From the NCBI GenBank assembly GCA_903928895.1, contig CAIYSR010000117.1:1-32000 (forward strand): a stretch of DNA of 32,000 nucleotides, given 5' to 3'. The notes below the pieces were generated by a model. The model saw only the letters and a list, made by a program, of their open reading frames with translations. It had not been told where the DNA came from and ran no database searches. This document shows, one piece after another, positions 16,535-25,863 of the stretch. Positions within the stretch are counted from its first letter, which is position 1, and each line of letters starts with the position of its first letter. The position numbers and the translations under genes were made by a program. Origin of the DNA: an uncultured Rhodospirillales bacterium. Its GTDB lineage: Bacteria > Pseudomonadota > Alphaproteobacteria > Acetobacterales > Acetobacteraceae.

Positions 16535-18181
16535 TCAAACCCTCAGGAGGTGGACATCCACGATCGGCCGCTTCTGCAGGCGCTTGCCCATGACCCGGCG
16601 CAGCGCCGAGCGGGCAGCCTCGGTCAGTGCCGAATCGTCGCGCCGCGTGGCGGCGGGAAGGTCGGTCAGCGCCTCGGCCAATTCGGCGGAAATGCGAATG
16701 GTCTCCTTGTCGTCGGCGTCGAACAGCCCCGGCGCGGAAATGCGCGGCTTGCCGCGGACACGGCCGGATTCGTCCACCGCCACCGAGGCGATCACCACAC
16801 CGTTGAACAGCATCCGCCGGCGCGCGCCCATGACCGTCCCGTTGAGCGGCACCAGCCGAGCGCCGTCGGCCACCAGCTTGCCCACCGGGGCGCTGTCAAC
16901 AATCTCCGGCTTGCCGGGGGCAAGGGAGAGAATATCGCCATCCTCGAGCAGCATCGCCGGCACGCCGGCTTCCTGCGCCAGCGCGGCATGCGCAGTCAGG
17001 TGGCGCCACTCGCCATGCACGGGCACCGCGAGCTTCGGACGCACCAGCTTGTAGAGCCGACGCAACTCGTCTCGCGCCGGATGGCCGGAGACATGGATCA
17101 TGTGATCGTCGTCGGTCATCACCCGCACGCCGCGGCGCACCAGGGCGTCCTGCATGCCATGGATCGCGCGCTCGTTGCCCGGGATGATGCGCGACGAGAA
17201 GATGATGGTGTCGCCCTCCCCCAGTTCGATGCGCGGATGCTGGTCCTGCGCGATACGCGCAAGGGCCGAACGCGCCTCGCCCTGGCTGCCCGTGCAAATC
17301 AGCATCAGGTGATCATCGTCAATGTCGTTGGCCTCATCCTCGGAGAGGAACGGCGGCACCCCCTTGAGGTAGCCGCATTCGCGCGCGGCGGCATCGATGT
17401 TGCGCAAGGACCGCCCGACCAGGGCCACGCTGCGGCCGGCGGCCTTGGCGGCCAGCGCCACGGTCTCGAAGCGCGCCACATTGGAGGCGAAACAGGTGAC
17501 GGCGAGGCGGCCTCTCAGCGTCTTGATCAGCGCTGTCATGATCCGGCGGACATCCGCCTCGGAACCCGAATGGCCCTCCACCATGGCGTTGGTGCTGTCG
17601 CACACCATGGCCAGCACCCCCTCGTCGCCGAAGGCGGTGAGCGCGGCCTCGTCGCTGCGCGGGCCGACCAGCGGTTCAGGGTCGAGTTTGAAGTCGCCGG
17701 TGTGCAGCACATTGCCGTAGGGCGTGCGGATCGCCAGGGCCTGGGCCTCAGGGATCGAATGAGCGACGGCGATGAATTGCAGCTTGAAGGGCTTCAGTTC
17801 GAAGCTGCCTCCAGGCTTGATGGTATGCAGCTTGACCTGGTTGACCAGGCCGACCTCGGCAAGCTTGCGCCGCAGCACCGCGGCGGCAAAGGGCGTCGCA
17901 TAAATCGGGCAGCGCAGTTGCGGCCACAGCCATGCGACCGCCCCGACATGGTCCTCGTGAGCGTGCGTGATCACGAGCCCCACCAGTTTCTCTCGCCGCT
18001 CGGCGATGAAGATCGGGTCGGGCATCATCACGTCGACCTCGGGATGCGTCGCACCGCCGAAGCCGATTCCGCAGTCAACGGCCAAAAACTTGCCATCGCA
18101 GCGGTAGAGATTGAGGTTCATGCCGATCTCGCCAGTGCCGCCGAGCGGCAGGAAAGCGAGGTCGTTCGTGCCCGGGTTCAT
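16535..18181 (-). CDS. rnj: ribonuclease J
   Basis: FLPLGGTGEIGMNLNLYRCDGKFLAVDCGIGF, THAHEDHVGAVAWLWPQL, VHTGDFKLDPEP, GSQGEARSALARIA, VHGEWRHL. Confidence 0.96.
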   Translation of the reverse strand: MNPGTNDLAFLPLGGTGEIGMNLNLYRCDGKFLAVDCGIGFGGATHPEVDVMMPDPIFIAERREKLVGLVITHAHEDHVGAVAWLWPQLRCPIYATPFAAAVLRRKLAEVGLVNQVKLHTIKPGGSFELKPFKLQFIAVAHSIPEAQALAIRTPYGNVLHTGDFKLDPEPLVGPRSDEAALTAFGDEGVLAMVCDSTNAMVEGHSGSEADVRRIMTALIKTLRGRLAVTCFASNVARFETVALAAKAAGRSVALVGRSLRNIDAAARECGYLKGVPPFLSEDEANDIDDDHLMLICTGSQGEARSALARIAQDQHPRIELGEGDTIIFSSRIIPGNERAIHGMQDALVRRGVRVMTDDDHMIHVSGHPARDELRRLYKLVRPKLAVPVHGEWRHLTAHAALAQEAGVPAMLLEDGDILSLAPGKPEIVDSAPVGKLVADGARLVPLNGTVMGARRRMLFNGVVIASVAVDESGRVRGKPRISAPGLFDADDKETIRISAELAEALTDLPAATRRDDSALTEAARSALRRVMGKRLQKRPIVDVHLLRV

Positions 18182-18203
18182 CAGGGCGCCGCCATATATG
18201 GGA

Positions 18204-19013
18204 TCATTCCCCTTCGATAGGCCGCACGCGCTCGCGGGGCAAGGTGGGACGGGGGTTGCGGGCAGCTAGCATGCGCAATCCGTCGAGCGTGAGGTCGGCG
18301 TCGATGTGGTCGATCACCAACGTGCCCTCGGCCACCAGCGATGCTAGGCCCCCGGTGGCGAGCACTTTCATCGGATGGCCATACTCGGAGCGGACCCGGG
18401 CGACCAGCCCCTCGATCATCGCCACATAGCCCCAATAAATGCCGGACTGCATCGCCGAGACCGTGTTGCGACCAATCACGGATTGCGGGCGGCCGATGCC
18501 GATGCGCGGCAGGCGCGCGGCAGCGCGGTGCAGCGCCTCGATGGAGAGGTTGATGCCGGGCGCGATGATGCCGCCGAGATAGGCGCCGGTGTCGTCGGCG
18601 ATATCGAAGGTGGTGGCGGTGCCAAAATCGATGACCACCAGCGGGCCGCCATAGGTCTGGTGGCCGGCCAGGGTGTTCAGCAACCGATCTGCGCCCACCT
18701 CCTCAGGATTGTCTACCTTGATCTCGAAGCCCCAATCGAGCGTGGCCCGGGCGACAAGCGGCTCGACGTCGAACCAGTCGCGGCAAAGCCGACGCAAATG
18801 GTAGAGTGCGGCCGGGACCACGGTGCCGATCACTGCGGCCTCGACCTGCTCGCGCCTCAGGCCCGTCAGTTGCAGCAGCGAGAGCAGCCACACCGCATAT
18901 TCGTCGCTGGTGCGCTGCGGATCGGTCGCGATGCGCCAGGTGCCGCGCCACTCGCGGCCGTCATGAATGGCGAAGACGATATTGGTGTTGCCGGCGTCGA
19001 CGACGAGAAGCAT
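18204..19013 (-). CDS. coaX: type III pantothenate kinase
   Basis: [65 protein letters not shown]. Confidence 0.96.
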   Translation of the reverse strand: MLLVVDAGNTNIVFAIHDGREWRGTWRIATDPQRTSDEYAVWLLSLLQLTGLRREQVEAAVIGTVVPAALYHLRRLCRDWFDVEPLVARATLDWGFEIKVDNPEEVGADRLLNTLAGHQTYGGPLVVIDFGTATTFDIADDTGAYLGGIIAPGINLSIEALHRAAARLPRIGIGRPQSVIGRNTVSAMQSGIYWGYVAMIEGLVARVRSEYGHPMKVLATGGLASLVAEGTLVIDHIDADLTLDGLRMLAARNPRPTLPRERVRPIEGE

Positions 19014-19506
19014 CGGAGGGGCTCCGGGAAGGCGGGAAGAAAGGGCTTCCTTTTTGGAAAAAAGGTAACTGCCCAGCTAGGTGCTGCCTCGGCAATTGAC
19101 GGACCACGGGCAGGCGTAAGTCAAGGTGTGTGGCAGCGCGCGCACCTCCTGGCGCGTCGGATATCCCGGCCGATGACACCTTCTATCAGGCGATCTGTCA
19201 GGCGATTTTGCGCGCCGCCGCCGGCCAACCCGGCACGCGGTAGCGACCTCCCGACGTGTTGGACGGGTCAACGATTCGGACGGTTGGGATCACGACGCGA
19301 CTGTGGCCGACGGTCTCCTGTTTCACACCGGCCTACCCGCGTTGCAGCAGGCCGATGTCCAAGTCCGCCGTCGCGGCCGCGTGCCGCGCCGGGTCGGTCG
19401 CAACCGCCCGCTCGTCCGAGCACACGCCAGTCGGACGTGCCGCGCTTCCTGCTGTGGAAAAAGCCCGAAAGGTTCTGTCCTTCCTCCGAAAATGGATCGG
19501 CACGCC

Positions 19507-21372
19507 CTATTCGCCGGAGAGTTCCCGCCGCCGCCTTTCCAGTTCCTCGCTGTAGCGGCGCAGCGCGTACTGCTCGGTGAGGATGCCAATCACGCGGCGG
19601 CTTTCGCGGCTGTCCACGACCGCCAGCGCGTCGGCTTCCGCGGTCTCGAACAGTTCCACCGCGTCCTTGATCGTCATCTGCGGCACCAGCATGTCGGCCG
19701 GATTGTGCAGCAGCGTGACCAGCGACGTCGCCCGGGTTTCGGCCGCATGCGCCTCCGGCACCTGGATGATCCCGGCATAACACCCGGCCTCGTCCACCGC
19801 GACCACCCGGTTGGTCGCCCCCAGCGCGATATCGCGCCGGAACGCCGCCACCGTGATGTCGGACCGCACCGTGCGTATCTCGCGCCGCATCATCCGCGCC
19901 ACCGTCAGGTTGCGCATCCAGCCGATATCGACCGCGCTGCGGATCGCCTCGCCGCGCAGATGGAACCGCCATGTGGCGAAGGAGTAGCCGAACGTCCGCC
20001 GCACCGTCACCGCCGAAATCACCGAAGCCGCGATCACCGCCACCGTCAGTGGAAAACTGCCGGTCGATTCGAGCGCCAGGAACGTCATCGTCAGCGGCCC
20101 GCCGACGATCGCCACCGCCAGCGCGCTCATGCCCACCAGGGCACACACCACCGCCGGGATCGCCTGCGTCGCCGCCACGGCGGCGAAGGCCGACGCGAAC
20201 AGCTTGCCCATCAGCGCGCCCAGGAACAGCGAGGCGAAGAACAGCCCGCCGCGGAACCCGGAGCCCAGCGACACCGCCGAGGCCACCGATTTCAGCACGA
20301 CCAGCAGCAGCAACTGGTTCATCCCGTAGGGCGCATCGAGCCCGACATGCAGCGCCGCATGCCCGGACGACAGCACCTGCGGCGAAATCAGTGCCAGCAG
20401 CGCCACGATCAGCCCGCCGATCACCGGCCGCGCCCAGACCGGCATCCGGCTGCGGCGGAACAGCGTCTCGGTCAGCGTCACCCCGCGCATGATCAGGATG
20501 CCCGTCAGCGCGCACAGCACGCCCAGCACCAGGATCGGCAGATAGCTCACCGGCTCGATCGCCGAGGGCACCCGCAAATTATAGACGAACTCCCCCGGCA
20601 TCAGCAGTCGCGCCACCGACACCGCGCAGATCGCCGCCATGCCGACCGGCGCAAGATAGGCCACCGCATAGGTACCGATCACCAGCTCGAACGCATAGAA
20701 CGCGCCGCACAACGGCGCATTGAATGCCGCCGCAATCGCCCCGGCCGCGCCGCATCCCACCAGCAGCCGCAAATCGTTGCGCCTGAGCCGGAACATCCGC
20801 CCGAGCCGGCTCGCCAGCGCCGAACCGATCTGGGTATAGCCCGCCTCCAGCCCGACCGAGGCGCCCAACCCATTGGACAGCATCGTCTGCCCCACCACGA
20901 TGAGGCTGTCGTTGAGCGACATCCGCCCACCATAGAGCGCATTGGCCTCGATCGGATCGACCGCCCGGCGCGGCCACCAGCGTGCCACCGCCACCGTGAA
21001 CAGCCCGACCGCGAGCCCGCCCAGGGTCAGCGCCAACAGGGTGTTCAGCGGCGGCACCTCGACCTGGTCGCTCAGCCGCTGGGCCGGTCCGAGCCGGTAG
21101 ATCAGCCGATGCATCCATTGCGTGATCTCGCTCATCGCCGTCACACATAGCCCGGCCGTGATCCCCACCACCGCGGCCAGCGCCACCAGCCAGAGCTCGT
21201 CGGTGCGCACCAGCGCCCGCAGCGTTTGCGGCACATGCAGCACCATCTCGCCGAACGCCCGGCGCGTGCGCCCCTCCCGCCGATGGCTCTCGCGGTGATG
21301 GGCACGGCTCCCCGTGCCGGCCTTGTCGCCGGCTTGGGTCGCGGGGAAGCCGAAGAGCGAGAAACTGCCCAT
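19507..21372 (-). CDS. CLC-family voltage-gated chloride channel/antiporter with C-terminal CBS domains
   Basis: Multi-TM core (GASVGLEAGYTQIGSALASRLG, AAFNAPLCGAFYAFELVIG, SLGSGFRGGLFFASLFLGALMGKLFA) plus two CBS-like segments. Start possibly internal (MVLHVPQTLRAL). Confidence 0.9.
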   Translation of the reverse strand: MGSFSLFGFPATQAGDKAGTGSRAHHRESHRREGRTRRAFGEMVLHVPQTLRALVRTDELWLVALAAVVGITAGLCVTAMSEITQWMHRLIYRLGPAQRLSDQVEVPPLNTLLALTLGGLAVGLFTVAVARWWPRRAVDPIEANALYGGRMSLNDSLIVVGQTMLSNGLGASVGLEAGYTQIGSALASRLGRMFRLRRNDLRLLVGCGAAGAIAAAFNAPLCGAFYAFELVIGTYAVAYLAPVGMAAICAVSVARLLMPGEFVYNLRVPSAIEPVSYLPILVLGVLCALTGILIMRGVTLTETLFRRSRMPVWARPVIGGLIVALLALISPQVLSSGHAALHVGLDAPYGMNQLLLLVVLKSVASAVSLGSGFRGGLFFASLFLGALMGKLFASAFAAVAATQAIPAVVCALVGMSALAVAIVGGPLTMTFLALESTGSFPLTVAVIAASVISAVTVRRTFGYSFATWRFHLRGEAIRSAVDIGWMRNLTVARMMRREIRTVRSDITVAAFRRDIALGATNRVVAVDEAGCYAGIIQVPEAHAAETRATSLVTLLHNPADMLVPQMTIKDAVELFETAEADALAVVDSRESRRVIGILTEQYALRRYSEELERRRRELSGE

Positions 21373-21543
21373 TTCGCCCGATGAAAAGACGCGTTGCGAA
21401 TACGCGTTCGACGGCGCCGTCGAAAAACGGCACCGCCCAGCTTCGACCAGAATGCCGCGGCAACATTAAGGCAAGCTTGACGCGCCGCTCCCTTGTGGGC
21501 TCACGCGCCGCGCCCGGTCAACCGCCGCATGCGAGCCATGCGC

Positions 21544-23004
21544 TCAAACTTCGAAAATTTTCCCCGGGTTCATCAGGTTCTGCGGATCGAGCGCCCGCTT
21601 GATCGCCCGCATCGTCGCCATCTTCACCGGATCGGCGTAATGCGCGAGTTCGCCGACCTTCTCGCTGCCGATGCCATGCTCGGCCGATATCGAACCGCCG
21701 TAGTCGCGCAGCAGATCATTCACCGCCCGCGTCACCGCCGGCTTGTACTGCCGCCACTGCTCCGCCGACATCCCGATCGGCGCCTTGAAATTGAAGTGCA
21801 GATTGCCATCGCCCATATGCCCCATCGGCCCCGGGCGCACATCCGCCAGCACCGCCCGCACCGCCCTGGAGGCATCCTCGATGAAGGCCGGAATCCGCGA
21901 CGACGCGACCGAGATATCGTAGCTCGCCCCCGGCCCGTCGTGCCGCCCCGCCTCGGCATGGCTCTCCCGGATGTGCCACATCGCCTTGGCCTGGCCCTCG
22001 CTCTGCGCGATCACCGCATCCAGCACCAGCCCGCGCTCCATCGCAGCGCCAAGGAATTCCTCCATCCGCCCCGCCATCACCCCCGCCTTGGGCAGCGCCG
22101 AGGACCATTCCATCAGCAAAAAATAAGGCGACTCCCCCGCCGGCAGCGGGTCCACACAGCCCGGCACATGGCGGAACACCCCGTCCAGATTGGTCCGGTT
22201 CATCAACTCGCACGACGTCACCGAATTCTCGCTCGCCGTATGCGCCTCCGACAGCAGCTCCACCGCCGCCTGCGGATCGCGAATGCAAATCCACGCCGTC
22301 GCCACATCCTTCGGCTTCGGCCACACCTTGATCACCGCCTTGGTGATGATCCCCAGCGTCCCCTCCGCGCCAATGAACAAATGCTTCAGATCATACCCGG
22401 TGTTGTCCTTCTTCAGCGCCTTCAGCCCGTCCCACACCTCGCCCGACGGCAGCACCACCTCCAGCCCCAGCACGAACCCGCGCGTGTTGCCGTAATGCAG
22501 CACCTGCGCGCCCCCCGCATTGGTCGAAAGATTCCCCCCGATCGTGCACGAGCCCTGCGCCCCCAGGCTCAACGGCAACAGCCGATCATGGTGCGCCGCC
22601 AGCTCCTGCAACGTCTGCAACACGCAGCCGCTCTCCACCGTCATCGTATAACCGAGCGGATCGACCTCGATCACCCGGTTCATCCGCCCCATCGAGACCA
22701 CGATCCCGGCATGGTGCGCATACGGCGTCGCCCCCCCCATCAGCCCGGTGTTGCCCCCCTGCGGCACGATCGCCACCCCCGCCGCCGCGCACAACCGCAC
22801 CAGCCCCGCCACCTCCTCCGTCGAGCTCGGCCGCGCCACCGCCACCGCACTCCCGGTCAACTGCCCCCGCCAATCCGTCAGGAACGGCCGCATGTCCTCC
22901 ACCCCGGTCAACAACCCCTTCTCCCCCAGCAGCGCCCGCAAGGCGGCGATCAACTCGGGACCGGCCGGCGTGGTCGGAATCTGCGGCGTGGCGACGACGT
23001 TCAT
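21544..23004 (-). CDS. FAD-binding oxidoreductase, GlcD / D-2-hydroxyglutarate dehydrogenase-like
   Basis: VRLCAAAGVAIVPQGGNTGLMGGATP, LGAQGSCTIGGNLSTNAGGAQVLHYGNTRGFVLGLEVVLPSG, HMGDGNLHFN, GSISAEHGIGSEKV, ALDPQNLMNPGKIF. Confidence 0.95.
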   Translation of the reverse strand: MNVVATPQIPTTPAGPELIAALRALLGEKGLLTGVEDMRPFLTDWRGQLTGSAVAVARPSSTEEVAGLVRLCAAAGVAIVPQGGNTGLMGGATPYAHHAGIVVSMGRMNRVIEVDPLGYTMTVESGCVLQTLQELAAHHDRLLPLSLGAQGSCTIGGNLSTNAGGAQVLHYGNTRGFVLGLEVVLPSGEVWDGLKALKKDNTGYDLKHLFIGAEGTLGIITKAVIKVWPKPKDVATAWICIRDPQAAVELLSEAHTASENSVTSCELMNRTNLDGVFRHVPGCVDPLPAGESPYFLLMEWSSALPKAGVMAGRMEEFLGAAMERGLVLDAVIAQSEGQAKAMWHIRESHAEAGRHDGPGASYDISVASSRIPAFIEDASRAVRAVLADVRPGPMGHMGDGNLHFNFKAPIGMSAEQWRQYKPAVTRAVNDLLRDYGGSISAEHGIGSEKVGELAHYADPVKMATMRAIKRALDPQNLMNPGKIFEV

Positions 23005-23166
23005 GGGCTTCCTGCGCTGGTTCGTTTCCTTGCCTGCAATCCTGCCGTCACTTACCTGCGCTGTCACCCCTCTTCGCCTCTTCACGGCGGTTGCCGAACC
23101 CGTCATCCTGACAGAATATAGAATCCCGGCGTGACAACCGGGCCAACTCAGGGGATGAACGGTTCA

Positions 23167-24264
23167 ATGGCGCAGGTATCGATCCGCAAGGTCGTCAAGG
23201 AATACGAAGGCAACGTCCAGGCGGTGAAGGGCATCGACCTTGAAATCGCCGACCAGGAATTCGTCGTCCTCGTCGGCCCCTCCGGCTGCGGCAAATCCAC
23301 CACCCTGCGCATGATCGCCGGCCTCGAGGAAATCTCCGGCGGCGAAATCGCCATCGGCGGCAACGTCGTCAACGACGTCCCCCCCCGCGACCGCGACATC
23401 GCCATGGTCTTCCAGAACTACGCCCTCTACCCCCACATGTCCGTCTTCGACAACATGGCCTTCGGTCTCAAGCTGCGCAAATTCCCCAAGGACGAAATCA
23501 AGCGCCGTGTCGACGAAGCCGCCCGCATCCTCGACATCGCCATGCTCCTCGAACGCAAACCCAAAGCCCTCTCCGGCGGCCAGCGCCAGCGCGTCGCCAT
23601 GGGCCGCGCCATCGTGCGCAACCCCAAGGTCTTCCTCTTCGACGAACCCCTCTCCAACCTCGATGCCAAGCTCCGCGTGCAAATGCGCACCGAAATCAAG
23701 AAGGTCCACCAGACCGTCAAAACCACCACCGTCTACGTCACCCACGACCAGGTCGAAGCCATGACGCTGGCCGACCGCGTCGTCGTCATGAACCACGGCG
23801 TCATCGAACAGGTCGGCCCGCCGCAGGAACTCTACCACCACCCCGCCACCCGCTTCGTCGCCGGCTTCATCGGCTCCCCCGCCATGAACTTCATCACCGT
23901 CAAAATCGGCTCGGACAACGGCATCTACGTCGAACTCGCCGACGGCACCCGCCTCGCCGCCAACCCCGCCCGCGCCGAGCGCTACAAAGAGCACGTCGGC
24001 AAAACCATGACGCTGGGCATCCGCCCCGAACACCTCACCGAAACCAAACCCAACGAAAAACCCGGCACCGCCTACTTCGACTGCACCGTTGACGTCACCG
24101 AACCCATGGGCATGGAAACCATGGTCCACTTCTTCATCAAAGGCGAACCCGTCTGCGCCCGCGTCGACCCCCTCACCATCGCCAACCCCGGCCAAACCCT
24201 CCGCCTCGCCGCCGACATGTCCAACATGCACCTCATCGACAACGACACGAACAAGGTCGTCTGA
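23167..24264 (+). CDS. ugpC: carbohydrate ABC transporter ATP-binding protein, UgpC/MsmK/MalK type
   Basis: Walker A GPSGCGKST, LSGGQRQRVAMGRAIVR signature, VFLFDEPLSNLDAKLR, TOBE-type C-terminus FVAGFIGSPAMNF. ATG at 23167. Confidence 0.92.
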   Translation: MAQVSIRKVVKEYEGNVQAVKGIDLEIADQEFVVLVGPSGCGKSTTLRMIAGLEEISGGEIAIGGNVVNDVPPRDRDIAMVFQNYALYPHMSVFDNMAFGLKLRKFPKDEIKRRVDEAARILDIAMLLERKPKALSGGQRQRVAMGRAIVRNPKVFLFDEPLSNLDAKLRVQMRTEIKKVHQTVKTTTVYVTHDQVEAMTLADRVVVMNHGVIEQVGPPQELYHHPATRFVAGFIGSPAMNFITVKIGSDNGIYVELADGTRLAANPARAERYKEHVGKTMTLGIRPEHLTETKPNEKPGTAYFDCTVDVTEPMGMETMVHFFIKGEPVCARVDPLTIANPGQTLRLAADMSNMHLIDNDTNKVV

Positions 24265-24273
24265 ACCACTTCC

Positions 24274-24296
24274 CCCTCTCCCCTCCGGGGAGAGGG
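24274..24296. repeat. REP-like palindrome after the ABC ATPase gene
   Basis: CCCTCTCCCC (24274-24283) TCC GGGGAGAGGG (24287-24296), followed by CCGGGGTGAGGGGG; common dispersed/terminator-like motif in high-GC proteobacteria. Confidence 0.75.
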
Positions 24297-24342
24297 CCGG
24301 GGTGAGGGGGGAACACCGCCCTCTCCACACCCCCTAAAGAAC

Positions 24343-24470
24343 AACAAGCGGGCTCTGCCCAAAACCCGCTGGGGCCTCAGACGCGTAGCCCAGCGAAGCG
24401 GCGACGAAAGCGACAGCGGTGCCCTTGCACCGCGAAAGCGCTCCATCCACCCCATCCATAAGAGTCCCCC
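24343..24470. repeat. dispersed intergenic repeat-like unit (copy A)
   Basis: GGGCTCTGCCCAAAACCCGCTGGGGCC resembles copy B at 25614; also contains the hairpin GCGGTGC-CCTT-GCACCGC (24416-24433). Boundaries approximate. Confidence 0.5.
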
Positions 24471-24475
24471 CCCCC

Positions 24476-25597
24476 ATGGCCGCCGACGACATCCTCATCC
24501 CCGCCACCACCCTCACCTCCTTCGTCGCCGCCATCTTCCGCGCCGCCGCCTGCTCCCCCGAAGAGGCTGGCCGCATCGCCCACCACCTCGTCTCCGCCAA
24601 CCTCACCGGCCACGACTCCCACGGCGTCATCCGAACCCCCCGCTACATCGACTACGTCACCACCGGCCTCGTCCACCGCGACGTCAAAATCGACATCACC
24701 GCCGAATCCCCCACCCACGCCGTCGTCGACGGCCACTACGGCTTCGGCCAAACCATCGGCCCCCAAGCCGTCGACCTCGGCATCGCCAAAGCCAAATCCG
24801 CCGGCATGGCCATCATCGCCCTCCGCAAATCCGGCCACATCGGCCGCATCGGTGACTGGGGCGAACGCGCCGCCGACGCCGGCCTGGTCTCCATCCACTT
24901 CGTCAACGTCGAAAACGGCGAACTCGTCGCCCCCTTCGGCGGCACCGACCGCCGCTTCTCCACCAACCCCTTCTGCATCTGCATCCCCGGCGCCCCCAGC
25001 GCCGCAGGCGCGTCTGAAACAGCGCGCGAACCCCACCTCCTCCTCGACTTCGCCACCTCCCTCGTCGCCGAAGGCAAAGTCCTCGTCGCCTCCCGCGGCG
25101 GCAAACCCCTCCCCGAAGGCGCCCTCATCACCGAATCCGGCACCCTCTCCACCAACCCCGAAACCCTCTACGGCCCCCTCACCGACACCAGCCCCCGCGA
25201 CCCCAAAAACGGCACCGGCGCCATCCGAGCCTTCGGCGACCACAAAGGCAGCGCGCTGGCCTTCATGTGCGACATCCTCGGCGGCATCCTCACCGGCGGC
25301 GGCCCCTCCGGCCCCGTCCCCGGCGGCAAACGCGGCCAAATCAGCAACGGCATGCTCTCCATCTACCTCGACCCCACCCACTTCGGCGCCCAGAACTTCG
25401 TCGCCCAGGCAAAGGACTTCGCCGACTACGTAAAATCCAGCCGCCCCGCCACCAACACCCCCGAAGTCCTCGCCCCCGGCGAACCCGAACACCGCACCCG
25501 CCAATCCCGCCTCCAAAACGGCATCCCCCTCCAACCCGACACCTGGACCAGCCTCCTCACCGTCGCCCAATCTCTCAACGTCCCCATCCCCAACTAG
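24476..25597 (+). CDS. Ldh family oxidoreductase (malate/L-lactate/ureidoglycolate dehydrogenase type)
   Basis: MAADDILIPATTLTSFVAAIFRAAACSPEEAGRIAHHLVSANLTGHDSHGVIR, GHYGFGQTIGPQA, HIGRIGDWGERAADAGLVSIHFVN, FATSLVAEGKVLVA, GDHKGSALAFMCDILGG. Confidence 0.94.
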   Translation: MAADDILIPATTLTSFVAAIFRAAACSPEEAGRIAHHLVSANLTGHDSHGVIRTPRYIDYVTTGLVHRDVKIDITAESPTHAVVDGHYGFGQTIGPQAVDLGIAKAKSAGMAIIALRKSGHIGRIGDWGERAADAGLVSIHFVNVENGELVAPFGGTDRRFSTNPFCICIPGAPSAAGASETAREPHLLLDFATSLVAEGKVLVASRGGKPLPEGALITESGTLSTNPETLYGPLTDTSPRDPKNGTGAIRAFGDHKGSALAFMCDILGGILTGGGPSGPVPGGKRGQISNGMLSIYLDPTHFGAQNFVAQAKDFADYVKSSRPATNTPEVLAPGEPEHRTRQSRLQNGIPLQPDTWTSLLTVAQSLNVPIPN

Positions 25598-25602
25598 GGA
25601 AG

Positions 25603-25650
25603 CAAGAAAGGCTGGGCGCTGCCCAGACCCGCCAGGGGCCAAGCCCCTGG
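25603..25650. repeat. paired hairpins / dispersed intergenic repeat-like unit (copy B)
   Basis: CTGGGC(25612-25617)-GCT-GCCCAG(25621-25626), then CCAGGGGC(25632-25639)-CAA-GCCCCTGG(25643-25650). Confidence 0.75.
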
Positions 25651-25863
25651 ACCTTCCAACCACTCCATAAAATAGGATGGGTAAACAAAGCGCGACGAGG
25701 CAAATTCCGACGAATGGTGAATCATATCCCCCCATCTGAAGGACAAAATGTCGCTGATTTCTGCGCTATCCTTTGAGTTTTGGTAAGCGTCGACGTCGTC
25801 AGCCTTTCCCGAGTAGCCTGATCGTTCTAAGGTTGATCTCGCAACCAAACGGGGCCGATAGAA

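Noticed and set aside
16427-18220. 597-aa plus-strand ORF opposite rnj
   Set aside because: It mirrors the full length of rnj; rnj has clear catalytic motifs, and the opposite frame is a high-GC shadow ORF with low-complexity His/Arg-rich sequence.
18375-23121. Long plus-strand ORFs 18375..19580, 19303..21150 and 21493..23121
   Set aside because: They lie opposite coaX, the CLC gene and the GlcD-like gene, have Arg/His/Gln-rich composition and no recognisable domain.
23164-25735. Minus-strand ORFs 23164..24330 and 24377..25735
   Set aside because: Gly/Asp/Val-rich shadow frames opposite the ABC ATPase and Ldh genes, which have strong motif evidence.
25594-25848. 84-aa minus-strand ORF beside DUF2971
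   Set aside because: Its C-terminus is encoded by the hairpin repeat (copy B), so it is probably not a genuine gene.
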